Shown piece by piece: positions 40,565 to 49,246 of a stretch of 64,000 bases of DNA. A model generated the notes under the pieces. That model did not search any database. It saw only the letters and a program-made list of their open reading frames with translations, and had not been told where the DNA came from. The position numbers and the translations under genes were made by a program. The stretch is from Candidatus Bathyarchaeota archaeon (GTDB lineage: Archaea > Thermoproteota > Bathyarchaeia > TCS64), in NCBI GenBank assembly GCA_963769425.1, contig CAVYLP010000003.1, forward strand, positions 96,001 through 160,000, written 5' to 3'. Position 1 is the stretch's first letter. Every line of letters starts with the position of its first letter.

Positions 40565-41994
40565 ATCATCCCTCCGAGCGCCGTTATGGCTGCTAGAACT
40601 AGGAGAATCAGAACCGGGTTGAGCCTCTCGAGGACCGCAGAGGCGCGGTCATCGGGCACTCTGATTGAGTATATCGGCTTGAATATCTCGGCCCAGGACG
40701 TGAACACCTCACCACGTGACCCGCCCAAATCGGCGATCCCCGCATAGCCGGTTGTCCAAGACTTCCTCTTAACGACCTTAGACCGCGACGCGAAGGCGAT
40801 CGAAACCGCGACTGCGGCGAGGGCGATCAGAAGGAGGATATTCACTGCGTCAAAATGGAAAATCGGTTCTGCTGTGATGATCGCATATGCCCCGAGCGGG
40901 AGGACCGGAGCGAGAGCCGAGAATAAACCTACTAGCGAGAATGCGAGGGCAGGGTATTTCTCACCACTCGACATCGCCGTCCCCGGCTTCGGGAGGCCCT
41001 CGTAGACCAACGTGTACCCTCGGAAGAACACGGCGAGGGAAGCAGCCACCGTGAAGAGCGTCGCGCAGCCGAGAAGGACGAGACCTAAGTCCCCCGAGAG
41101 TCCGCTCCTCATGAATCCCTCGGCCCCGAGGCTCATGACGCTGACGATCGTGAGGTAGGCGACTAGAATCGAGGCGGCCTCGACATTGAGTGTGGCGGAT
41201 AAACCGCCGAAGTCGAAGAGCCCCGACTTCCCGGCCCTCCTGAGCAGGTCGTCGTGCAGACTGTTTATGACGATGAGGGCCAACGCGGACGGTATCAGGG
41301 CGTAGATGAACAGCGCAGCGTCTACCTGCGACGCGACGATTAATAGCCCGAAAGTCACCTGATGGATCGCCGACGACAACGTGGCGAAGTTCTTCGACAC
41401 CATCCCCTGGAAGACGCCGCTGAGCATCATCAAGATACCCAGAACCAGGACGAGTGGCAGCAGTGCGGCGTAGGACGCCCTATTCGCGTTGAGATAAAGT
41501 AACGCGCCGATCGACACGAGTATCCCGATGGACCTGTAGTTCGAGTACATCTCCGACAGCCACTTGTGGAACGGGGGGACGCCGAGGAGCAGTAGGAGCA
41601 CCGGTATTGGGGCGAACTCGAAGCCCATGAATTGAAGGAGGAGCGTCAGAGGTAATACCACCAGCGAGTATAACCCGATCCTGCCTTGAGCCTCCTTCGC
41701 CGAAAGCGCTAGGAAGATGAGGATCGTGATCGAGAAGAGCGGCAGGTACCCAGGAAGCCCGACCGTGGAAACGAGGGATATGAGGGAAAGCCACTGTGGG
41801 TTGACCTCCGGGTCAACAAGCAGCGCGAGGGACGCCACGAGTATCACGACCTGATCGAATCCGACGGCAACGTATCCGATAGCACCCATCCCCAGCAGAG
41901 CCACAAGAACCAAAGTGAGGAGGACTCTTGCCACTCTCCGATTGTAGAGGTAGAGGAGGGCAGGAGCCAGTAGGAGAATTGCCTGGTACATCAA
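40561..41994 (-). CDS. Antiporter-like membrane subunit (HycC/NuoL-like, divergent)
   Basis: PPFHKWL, FGGL, W.TG tail; polytopic. Confidence 0.75.
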   Translation of the reverse strand: MMYQAILLLAPALLYLYNRRVARVLLTLVLVALLGMGAIGYVAVGFDQVVILVASLALLVDPEVNPQWLSLISLVSTVGLPGYLPLFSITILIFLALSAKEAQGRIGLYSLVVLPLTLLLQFMGFEFAPIPVLLLLLGVPPFHKWLSEMYSNYRSIGILVSIGALLYLNANRASYAALLPLVLVLGILMMLSGVFQGMVSKNFATLSSAIHQVTFGLLIVASQVDAALFIYALIPSALALIVINSLHDDLLRRAGKSGLFDFGGLSATLNVEAASILVAYLTIVSVMSLGAEGFMRSGLSGDLGLVLLGCATLFTVAASLAVFFRGYTLVYEGLPKPGTAMSSGEKYPALAFSLVGLFSALAPVLPLGAYAIITAEPIFHFDAVNILLLIALAAVAVSIAFASRSKVVKRKSWTTGYAGIADLGGSRGEVFTSWAEIFKPIYSIRVPDDRASAVLERLNPVLILLVLAAITALGGMI

Positions 41995-41999
41995 ACCGG

Positions 42000-42491
42000 T
42001 TAGCCTCCTCCAGGCTGTTTGACTAGCAGCTTCCTTTCTTTCAGCAGCTTCACCGATCTACTCTTGGACTTCTTCACTACATCGTCATATTCGCCATACT
42101 CTATTGCACCGGTTGGGCAGAGTTCTACGCAGGCTGGCAGCAGGCCGTCACTCGCCCTCTCGGCGCAGAGGTCACACTTAGTCACGAAGCCCCTTACTGG
42201 ATCAGGGTCGGGGACCCCCATCGGGCAGGCGAGGACGCAGAGTTTGCACCCGACGCACCTGTTCTGCCTGAGGCTCACGACGCCCTCGTCGTTCCTGTAG
42301 ACCGCGCCAGTGGGGCAGACATCGACACAGACCGGGTTGGAGCAGTGGAGGCACGTTATCGGGACGAGTACGCCGTCGGATGTGGGGCGGACCTTAGCCC
42401 TCGGCTTCCCGTTTACGAACTCGCAGACCCTCTCGCAGAGCTCGCAGCCTATACACCTCTCCATGTCAATGACCTTAACCTTCGCCAACAT
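42000..42491 (-). CDS. 4x[4Fe-4S] ferredoxin-like subunit (HycB/HydN-like)
   Basis: Four Cys clusters: CIGCELC, CLHC..P.C..VCP, CVGCKLC..ACP, KCDLC...PAC..CP. Confidence 0.9.
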   Translation of the reverse strand: MLAKVKVIDMERCIGCELCERVCEFVNGKPRAKVRPTSDGVLVPITCLHCSNPVCVDVCPTGAVYRNDEGVVSLRQNRCVGCKLCVLACPMGVPDPDPVRGFVTKCDLCAERASDGLLPACVELCPTGAIEYGEYDDVVKKSKSRSVKLLKERKLLVKQPGGG

Positions 42492-42494
42492 CAG

Positions 42495-43556
42495 TCACCC
42501 TCGCAGGTACCTGTCGACCCAGTGGGCAGTCTTGAGACCGGTCTGGTAGGCCCTCCCCACCTTTGTGATGCCCGTCGTGATGTCACCAGTCGCGAAGACC
42601 TTAACCTTCGACGAGAGGTACCTGTCGTTAACCTCGATGCCGCCCCACCGGAGGGTCTTGATGTCCTTATACTCCTTGTTGAAAGGCGGCGTGGGCACCT
42701 GCCCTATACCGACGATGATGGTGTCGACCTTCTCGATGATCTGCTCGGTTCCGGGGATCTGCTCGAGCTTGAGGATTACACCCGCCTTTATCTCGGCGTT
42801 GACCTTGATGGTCTCAACTGACTGGACCTTTCCTTCGCCGAGTACTTTCTTGATGACAGTCCTCTCTGAGTGTTCGACCCCTTTCTTCTTGAGTCGCCCT
42901 ATCTCGTAGCTGCCCGACGGGGAGTCGAACTGGTGCTCGATGGATATGAGGCGCACGTTGTGTCCCTCGGCGGCCGCCTCGGTCGCGGCGTCGACGGCTA
43001 CTAGCCCCGAGCCGATGACCGCGACGTTCCGCCCAAGCTTAATCCTCTCCTTCTTCGGGATGAGCCCTAGTTCGTTAGCCTTGCACCTGAAGAGGTATTC
43101 GAGGGCGGAGTGGATGCCCTTGTAGGTGGCGTTCTCGGCAGGTAGCCCCCTCGAGTTCCACGTCCCCGTGGCTATGATTGTGGCGTCGTTCTCGTCAATG
43201 ACTCTCTGCAGATCAACCTTCTCCCTCGCGAGGTCATCGCCGAGTAGCTGGTCACCATTGGCGGAGACCTTACACGACGTTTTGAAGTTGACACCATAGA
43301 CCTCCTCCAGCTCCTTGCATCCGCCAAGCACCCTCTCCCTAGGGATACGGGCCTCGGGTATCCCGAAGACCATAACGCCCCCGGGGATGGGGAGCCTCTC
43401 GTAGACGGTTACCTCGTGGCCCTTGCTCGCGAGGTATCCTGCCGCGGCGAGTCCCGAGGGGCCTGAGCCTATGACGGCGATCCTCTTGCCGGTCCCCTGA
43501 GCTGGTCCCTTACCACCGCTCATGAATGAGAAGCGCATGTACCCCGGAGAAGCCAC
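42495..43556 (-). CDS. FAD/NAD(P)H oxidoreductase (GltD/SudA C-terminal part, NsoC-like)
   Basis: GSGPSGL, FGIP, ATGTW, GSGLVAVDAA, FATGD; no N-terminal Fe-S domain. Confidence 0.85.
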   Translation of the reverse strand: MASPGYMRFSFMSGGKGPAQGTGKRIAVIGSGPSGLAAAGYLASKGHEVTVYERLPIPGGVMVFGIPEARIPRERVLGGCKELEEVYGVNFKTSCKVSANGDQLLGDDLAREKVDLQRVIDENDATIIATGTWNSRGLPAENATYKGIHSALEYLFRCKANELGLIPKKERIKLGRNVAVIGSGLVAVDAATEAAAEGHNVRLISIEHQFDSPSGSYEIGRLKKKGVEHSERTVIKKVLGEGKVQSVETIKVNAEIKAGVILKLEQIPGTEQIIEKVDTIIVGIGQVPTPPFNKEYKDIKTLRWGGIEVNDRYLSSKVKVFATGDITTGITKVGRAYQTGLKTAHWVDRYLRG

Positions 43557-43619
43557 GCCGAATCATATTGCTCATCACCAAGCCCTACTTAACAATTCTG
43601 AGCACCGCTCAACGCCGCG

Positions 43620-43791
43620 GGTGTGTGGCTCACAAATCATATCTACAGACGCCGTCTACTGGAGCGACGGGAAGAGGAGCCTCCTTAAGGTCTCACGCCT
43701 CGTCGTGCTGGAGTCGGGGAGGAGAGACCTCACCTACCTCGTGAGCTACTTCCGGTTCCTAGAGAAGATGGAGCTCATAGGATTCCGGTAA
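43620..43791 (+). pseudogene. Orphan 3' fragment of a larger gene (M28/DUF4910-like C-terminal winged helix)
   Basis: AVYWSDGKRSLLKVSRLVVLE...YFRFLEKMELI*; no room for the 5' part. Confidence 0.5.
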
Positions 43792-43828
43792 CCTTTATAC
43801 GATCCGTCCGAAGTATGGTGAGTTGGTC

Positions 43829-43904
43829 GGGCCGGTGGTCTAGTGGTTATGACGTCGCCTTGACATGGCGGAGGTCGCAGGTTCGAACCCTGCTCGGCCC
43901 ACCA
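43829..43904 (+). tRNA. tRNA-Val(GAC)
   Basis: GGGCCGG/TCGGCCC, TCGCC-TTGACAT-GGCGG, TTCGAAC, CCA. Confidence 0.95.
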
Positions 43905-43987
43905 CTACTTTACGACGCCAGCGATGCCCTTGCACGGAGTTAGGGCTGGGAAAGAGTTAATCGGGACGAATCCGAAGCTCACCACGG

Positions 43988-44188
43988 ATGTTCCCGAGCC
44001 CTCAGCTCATATGCGTGGCGAAGCCCCAGACCCTGCGCGAGCTGGTCGAGGGACTAGGATCCGACATCCTCTACGCATACGAGCGACGCGTGATCGTTGT
44101 GCTCGTTAACGGTGAGAGCAGGTGGCCCTCCTCTAGGCTCATGCCCGGGGACAGGGTGACGATAATGCCGATAATCACCGGGGGCTAA
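43988..44188 (+). CDS. MoaD/ThiS/SAMP ubiquitin-like protein (start uncertain)
   Basis: VLVNG...L.PGDRVTIMPIITGG* with C-terminal diglycine. Confidence 0.75.
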   Translation: MFPSPQLICVAKPQTLRELVEGLGSDILYAYERRVIVVLVNGESRWPSSRLMPGDRVTIMPIITGG

Positions 44189-44249
44189 ACATACCCCCAT
44201 CTACTAGAAAAAGTGGCCTCAACGAGAGGCCATCTATGGCGGAGTACTA

Positions 44250-44336
44250 TCACTTCGCCATCTCTTTTTCTTTCTTCTTTCTCCTCTTCTCTTCTCTCTC
44301 CTTCTTGGTCAGCGGTTTGTTCTTCGCGGAGTGCAT
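44250..44336 (-). CDS. Putative 28-aa Lys/Arg/Glu-rich small protein
   Basis: MHSAKNKPLTKKEREEKRRKKKEKEMAK*; GAGGT SD-like sequence upstream. Confidence 0.45.
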   Translation of the reverse strand: MHSAKNKPLTKKEREEKRRKKKEKEMAK

Positions 44337-44505
44337 ACCCAATTCAGTTACCTCATATGATTAATCAATGGACGTTAGATAAAGGCTTTCAAGTGAGTGT
44401 GGAACTCACCCCCGTATTTCACTCAAATATCACTATCATCGCATAATCAGACAAGTAGGTTTCTTAATAGCCTCTCACACTCGCCTTCTAGATGGGTGAC
44501 CCGAC

Positions 44506-45672
44506 TTGGTTACGAACCTCCCCCCGCAGGCGAAGGAGAAGTGGAACGAGGTAACCCTCACCCGCAACCCGGAGGAGAGGCTCCGCCTCATGGGGGAGTT
44601 CCTCAGCATCGTCCCGAAGCACCACGGGACCGACCGGATGATAAGTCAGGTAAAGAAGCAGATGGCCGCCCTCCGCGAGGAGATAGACAAGAAGAAAAAG
44701 CAGCAGAAGGCTGGGAGCGCACCCGCATACTTCGTCCCAAAAGCCGGCGCCGCGCAGGTGGCAATCGTGGGTCCCACGAACGTAGGGAGAAGCAGCCTCC
44801 TCAGGGCCGTAACCAACGCCCAGGTGGAGGTCACCCCTTACCCATACGGCACAAAGACCCCCGTGCCCGGCATGCTCACCTACGAGGACATAATGTTCCA
44901 GCTCGTCGAGGTCCCCGCCATCGTTGAGGGGAGCAGCGAGGGGCGATTCGACGGATTCATGAAGCTCGGCATGGCGAGGAATGCCGACGCGCTGATAATC
45001 GTAGTCGACGTCCGCGACGACCCCGCAAGCAACTTCCTCATGATCGCGGAGGAGCTGGCGAACAGTCGGATACTTATAGCACGGCCCGAGGGGGAGGTGG
45101 AGATCGAGAAGAGGGCGGGAACCCAGATACAGTTCCTCTGGGAGGGGGAGCTATCCGGCTGCTCGACCGAGGACGTGATCACCCTCCTAGGCGAGTACAA
45201 AATCAGGTCAGCGCTCGTCAGGATCAGGGGGGTGGTGACCCTCGAAGACGTTGAGGACGCCATCTTCGGTAACACCGTCTACCGCCCCACGATAGTACTG
45301 GTGAACAAGGCTGACCTCAAGCCTGACTGTGGGACTATGGAGCAACTGCGGATGGCCACCGAGCCCCTTGAGGTCGTCATCACCTCCACCGAGCATACCC
45401 GCGGCCTCACCATCACACTAGGAGCGAAGCTATTCAGGTTACTAAACATCACCAGAGTATACACGAAGGAGCCGGGGAGGGCACCTGCGAAGGTCCCCAT
45501 GGTCTTTAAAGGGCCAGTCACCGTCGGCGAACTCGCAAGAATGATCCACAATGACTTCTACGAGAACTTCAAGTACGCACGAATCTGGGGCCCATCGGCA
45601 AAGTTCCCGAACGAGAAGGTCGGCCTCGACCGGAAGCTGACTGACGGCACGGTCGTCCAGCTCTACACCTGA
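44506..45672 (+). CDS. DRG/Obg-family GTPase-like protein with TGS domain
   Basis: GPTNVGRS, PYGT..PVPG, NKAD, RVYTK, HNDF...FKYARIWG. Confidence 0.85.
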   Translation: MVTNLPPQAKEKWNEVTLTRNPEERLRLMGEFLSIVPKHHGTDRMISQVKKQMAALREEIDKKKKQQKAGSAPAYFVPKAGAAQVAIVGPTNVGRSSLLRAVTNAQVEVTPYPYGTKTPVPGMLTYEDIMFQLVEVPAIVEGSSEGRFDGFMKLGMARNADALIIVVDVRDDPASNFLMIAEELANSRILIARPEGEVEIEKRAGTQIQFLWEGELSGCSTEDVITLLGEYKIRSALVRIRGVVTLEDVEDAIFGNTVYRPTIVLVNKADLKPDCGTMEQLRMATEPLEVVITSTEHTRGLTITLGAKLFRLLNITRVYTKEPGRAPAKVPMVFKGPVTVGELARMIHNDFYENFKYARIWGPSAKFPNEKVGLDRKLTDGTVVQLYT

Positions 45673-45707
45673 AGCCTGTTAAATATCGAGTCGCCATCAA
45701 GTTAGCC

Positions 45708-46067
45708 ATGGTTAACCTCGGCTTGGACCACGTCCACCTCTACGTCAAGGACCTGGAGGAGGCTATCAGCTTCTACAAGATGGTTGGACTCGAGTTCGTC
45801 GAGTACACGAGCCACGGAGGGAAGGCGGCGATGATGAGGGTCCCCGGTTCCCCCATCAGCTTCGAGATACAGGAGACGAGGGTCATCGACAACCCCGGCC
45901 TGAACCACCTAGCCTTCGTAGTGGATGACCTCGACGATCTCTGCGACAGCTACAAGGCGAACGGCGTCAAGGTCGATGGCCCCCTCGACAATAAGGTGAC
46001 GGGTAGGCGCCTCGCCACAATCAGGGACCCCCACGGCTTCCTCATCCAACTGGTGCAGAAGAAGTAA
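45708..46067 (+). CDS. VOC (glyoxalase) family protein
   Basis: DHVHLYV, NHLAF.V, DPHG..IQL. Confidence 0.85.
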   Translation: MVNLGLDHVHLYVKDLEEAISFYKMVGLEFVEYTSHGGKAAMMRVPGSPISFEIQETRVIDNPGLNHLAFVVDDLDDLCDSYKANGVKVDGPLDNKVTGRRLATIRDPHGFLIQLVQKK

Positions 46068-46068
46068 C

Positions 46069-46983
46069 CTAAACGACCCTCTTCAGGTCGTATACGTGTC
46101 GTTCATAGACTGTAGCAGCGCTGTACCTCTTTTTCCCATTTGGCACGAAGACAACTTCGTATATGTCGAAGTCCCCGAAGGTGAACGAGTCTACGCCGCT
46201 AGGATTCAGCGGTAACTCCTTGTTGGCGCTCGTCCCGAGGGCGATGAGTAATTTCCCATTCTTCAGATAAACCTCTGCAGAGTTCTCCTTCGATTCATAT
46301 CTCCCAACGAACCTTTCCGGGCTCCCAGACGCTGGGGCATCAGGATATCTGAACCTCCTGTGATCGAGGAGCCACCCGTAGAACTCCTCGTTCATGTAGG
46401 TCTCGGTCCAGCTATCGTGATCCGCCTCCGGATAGACTGTGTACTTTACGTTGCTGTATTGCTTTAGGGCCTTGTTCATGTCCTCCGAGTGCTTGATGGG
46501 GACGACGCTGTCCTTTGCGCCGTGGAATATCCAAGTTGGGATGTGGCGTAGCTTCCACGCCGTTGACGGATCACCACGCCCGCATATCGGCGCGATGGCG
46601 GCGAAGAGTTCGGGGTATTTAGCCGCAGTCTCCCAGGTCCCGTAGCCACCCATGCTAAGGCCTGTGAGGTAGACGCGCTCCGGGTCCACCCTAAGAATCC
46701 CAATCAACTCCTTTGTGAGCCAGGCGACCATATCCGGGGACCACCACTCACCAAGCGCAAGCTGAGGCGAGGCGACGATGAACGGCATCTTCTTACCACC
46801 CTCGATGAGTTTCGGCGGTCCATGAATCTTAACAAGTTCGAGGTCGTCCCCCCTTTCACCTGCGCCGTGGAGAAAGACCAGGAGGGGCCACCTCTCCCCC
46901 TTATCAGAATCATAACCATCAGGGAGGTACAGAAGGTATTTGACCTCCTTCGAGAAGCTCTTCTTCGCCTGCTTCGTTGGCAT
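46069..46983 (-). CDS. Alpha/beta hydrolase (esterase/phospholipase-like)
   Basis: FLHGAGE, GLSMGG, HGAKD, HDSW. Confidence 0.85.
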   Translation of the reverse strand: MPTKQAKKSFSKEVKYLLYLPDGYDSDKGERWPLLVFLHGAGERGDDLELVKIHGPPKLIEGGKKMPFIVASPQLALGEWWSPDMVAWLTKELIGILRVDPERVYLTGLSMGGYGTWETAAKYPELFAAIAPICGRGDPSTAWKLRHIPTWIFHGAKDSVVPIKHSEDMNKALKQYSNVKYTVYPEADHDSWTETYMNEEFYGWLLDHRRFRYPDAPASGSPERFVGRYESKENSAEVYLKNGKLLIALGTSANKELPLNPSGVDSFTFGDFDIYEVVFVPNGKKRYSAATVYERHVYDLKRVV

Positions 46984-47071
46984 GGTGATCAATCCCCAAT
47001 TCTTGGAATAAGCGTTACCACCGCCCAGGGGTAAGCGATTTACACTCACCCTCGACGTATCATGGGGGCAT

Positions 47072-48106
47072 ATGTTAGGGGAGGAGAGGGTAGAGAGGAG
47101 CATAGCTTGGCTCCTAGACAACGGCTCAGCGCCGGTCAGGTACATGACCCTGCTCAGGATAGTCGGGGAGGACCCCTCCTCCGCCGAGATGCGCGTTCTC
47201 TGGAGGGAGGCGCAGCGCGACCCCGACAACGTCGAGATCTTCTCCAAGCAGAGGGCAGATGGCTCCTGGTGCGACGGCGGCTCGTGGGCGCCGAAGCCAG
47301 GCTACGTCCCGCAGGGAGGCTGCACGCCGGTTAGCCCCAAGTACGTAACAACCTCTTGGCTACTCAGCCTCCTGGGCGACGCGGGGTACACGATGTCGGA
47401 GCCCAAGGTCAACAAGGCGGTGGAGTGGGTCCTCGGCTTCCAGCGCCCAAATGGCGTCCTCACTGAACGCCGGGACCCGGTAACCGAGGAGGACTACGAC
47501 GAGAACCCTCGAAACGTCCCATGCAGGATGAGCATCCAACTCGCGGGCCTCGCCAAGGTTGGTGTAGCCAACGACTCTCGTGTACGAAAGGGCTTTGACG
47601 TACTCTTACGATGGCAGAGGGAGGATGGCGGTTGGGTCCAGGAGGGGCACAGAGAGGGGACCGTCGCACCCTACAAGGTCTGGACGCGGAGCTGTCCGTG
47701 GGTCACATTCTTCACATGCTCCGCCCTACATGCAAGCCGCCTACCCGAGCATCGCGAGCAGCTGAGGCGAGGCCTCGGCTTCATCCTATGGCACCTGAAC
47801 CAGAAGAGAAGGGCGGACCTGCGCCGCTTCTACTGGCACGGCCACGAGCCAATCCGCGAACTCATCATGCTCGCCGAGAATGGATTCAGCAGAGACGAGC
47901 CCGCAATAGAGAACCTCCTCCAATGGCTCGAGTCCATGTACGATGAGGGGACGGGCTCCTACCGGTATAATGGCAAGCCGATCTCCAAGATGACCCTACG
48001 CGAGGACGGCGGAGACCCACGCGTCATGAAGTACCGCCTCTACCACCTCATCGAGGAGGAGTGGCTCACATACTGGATGACCCGCATCGAGAAATGCTTC
48101 CTCTAG
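47072..48106 (+). CDS. Prenyltransferase/squalene-cyclase-repeat (QW motif) protein
   Basis: QRADGSW, QRPNG, QREDGGW repeats. Confidence 0.65.
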   Translation: MLGEERVERSIAWLLDNGSAPVRYMTLLRIVGEDPSSAEMRVLWREAQRDPDNVEIFSKQRADGSWCDGGSWAPKPGYVPQGGCTPVSPKYVTTSWLLSLLGDAGYTMSEPKVNKAVEWVLGFQRPNGVLTERRDPVTEEDYDENPRNVPCRMSIQLAGLAKVGVANDSRVRKGFDVLLRWQREDGGWVQEGHREGTVAPYKVWTRSCPWVTFFTCSALHASRLPEHREQLRRGLGFILWHLNQKRRADLRRFYWHGHEPIRELIMLAENGFSRDEPAIENLLQWLESMYDEGTGSYRYNGKPISKMTLREDGGDPRVMKYRLYHLIEEEWLTYWMTRIEKCFL

Positions 48107-48187
48107 TTACTTCAGGAAATTTTTTTTCTTTTATCTACACCCACGCAAGTTATTTCACCTCAAGCAGCCCATCTAACCCCGATCAAC

Positions 48188-49246
48188 ATGAGTCTATCAG
48201 GCCTAAGCGGCGACCTCTCGGGGCTACCCGTCCTGAGGGACGCCAAGAGGAAGAGATTCAGCAGCTACGACCGCACCGGCGGGAACAAGGACTACATCAC
48301 CGTTCCAGCCGGGGAGACCGCCACCCTCGCCGAGATTAAGGGTGCCGGAACTATCAAGCACATCTGGGTCACCATCAGGACCCGAGACGAGTTCTTCCTG
48401 CGCAAGCTCGTCCTACGCGCCTACTGGGACGGCGAGGAGAACCCGAGCATCGAGGTCCCGATTGGCGACTTCTTCGGCATCGGCCACGCAATAAGCAAGA
48501 ACTACGTCTCCGCTCCACTCCAGATGAGCCCCGAGGACGGGAAGGGCTTCAACTGCTGGTTCCCCATGCCCTACTCCAAGGGCGCCAAGATCACAATCGA
48601 GAACCAGGGCAGCTGGGACTGCGAGTCCTTCTACTACTACGTCGACTACGAGGAGCACAAGAAGCCCCAGGAAGGACTCGGCCGGTTCCACGCCACGTGG
48701 CACCGCGAGAACCCCACCAAGGGCGACGACAGCGACGAGTGGGACAACCCCACGTGGCTCTTCCGCGGCACAAACCTCGACGGCAAGGACAACTACGTCA
48801 TCCTCGAGGCCGAGGGCAAGGGCCACTATGTGGGCTGCAACATGAATATCCACAACCTCCGCCCGACTCAGCGCTTCAACTGGTACGGCGAAGGCGACGA
48901 TATGATCTTCATAGACGGTGAGAAGACGCCGAGCCTCATCGGCACGGGTACAGAGGACTTCTACGGCATGAGCTGGTGCCCGACGCAGGAGTACTGCGCC
49001 CCGTACCACGGCCTGCCCCTGCCCGGCTCCGACAAGAACTGGAACGGCAAGATAACGTGGTACCGCTACCACATCCTCGACCCCATCTACTTCGAGAAAT
49101 CCATCAAGGTCACAATCGAGCACGGCCACGCCAACAAGCGCAGCGACGACTACAGCAGCACCGCCTACTGGTACCAGACCGAACCCCACAAGAAGTTTAA
49201 GCCCCTGCCCCCAGTACAGGAGCGTCTACCGAGGGAGAAGCCATGA
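48188..49246 (+). CDS. Glycoside hydrolase family 172 (DUF2961)
   Basis: SSYDRTGGN.D, HIW.T, WDGE..PS, GEGDD, GTGTED, YRYHI.DPI.F, IEHG. Confidence 0.9.
   Translation: MSLSGLSGDLSGLPVLRDAKRKRFSSYDRTGGNKDYITVPAGETATLAEIKGAGTIKHIWVTIRTRDEFFLRKLVLRAYWDGEENPSIEVPIGDFFGIGHAISKNYVSAPLQMSPEDGKGFNCWFPMPYSKGAKITIENQGSWDCESFYYYVDYEEHKKPQEGLGRFHATWHRENPTKGDDSDEWDNPTWLFRGTNLDGKDNYVILEAEGKGHYVGCNMNIHNLRPTQRFNWYGEGDDMIFIDGEKTPSLIGTGTEDFYGMSWCPTQEYCAPYHGLPLPGSDKNWNGKITWYRYHILDPIYFEKSIKVTIEHGHANKRSDDYSSTAYWYQTEPHKKFKPLPPVQERLPREKP

Noticed and set aside
43569-43604. TGCTCA-N24-TGAGCA inverted repeat at the hydrogenase promoter
   Set aside because: Only 6 bp with a long spacer; compatible with chance.
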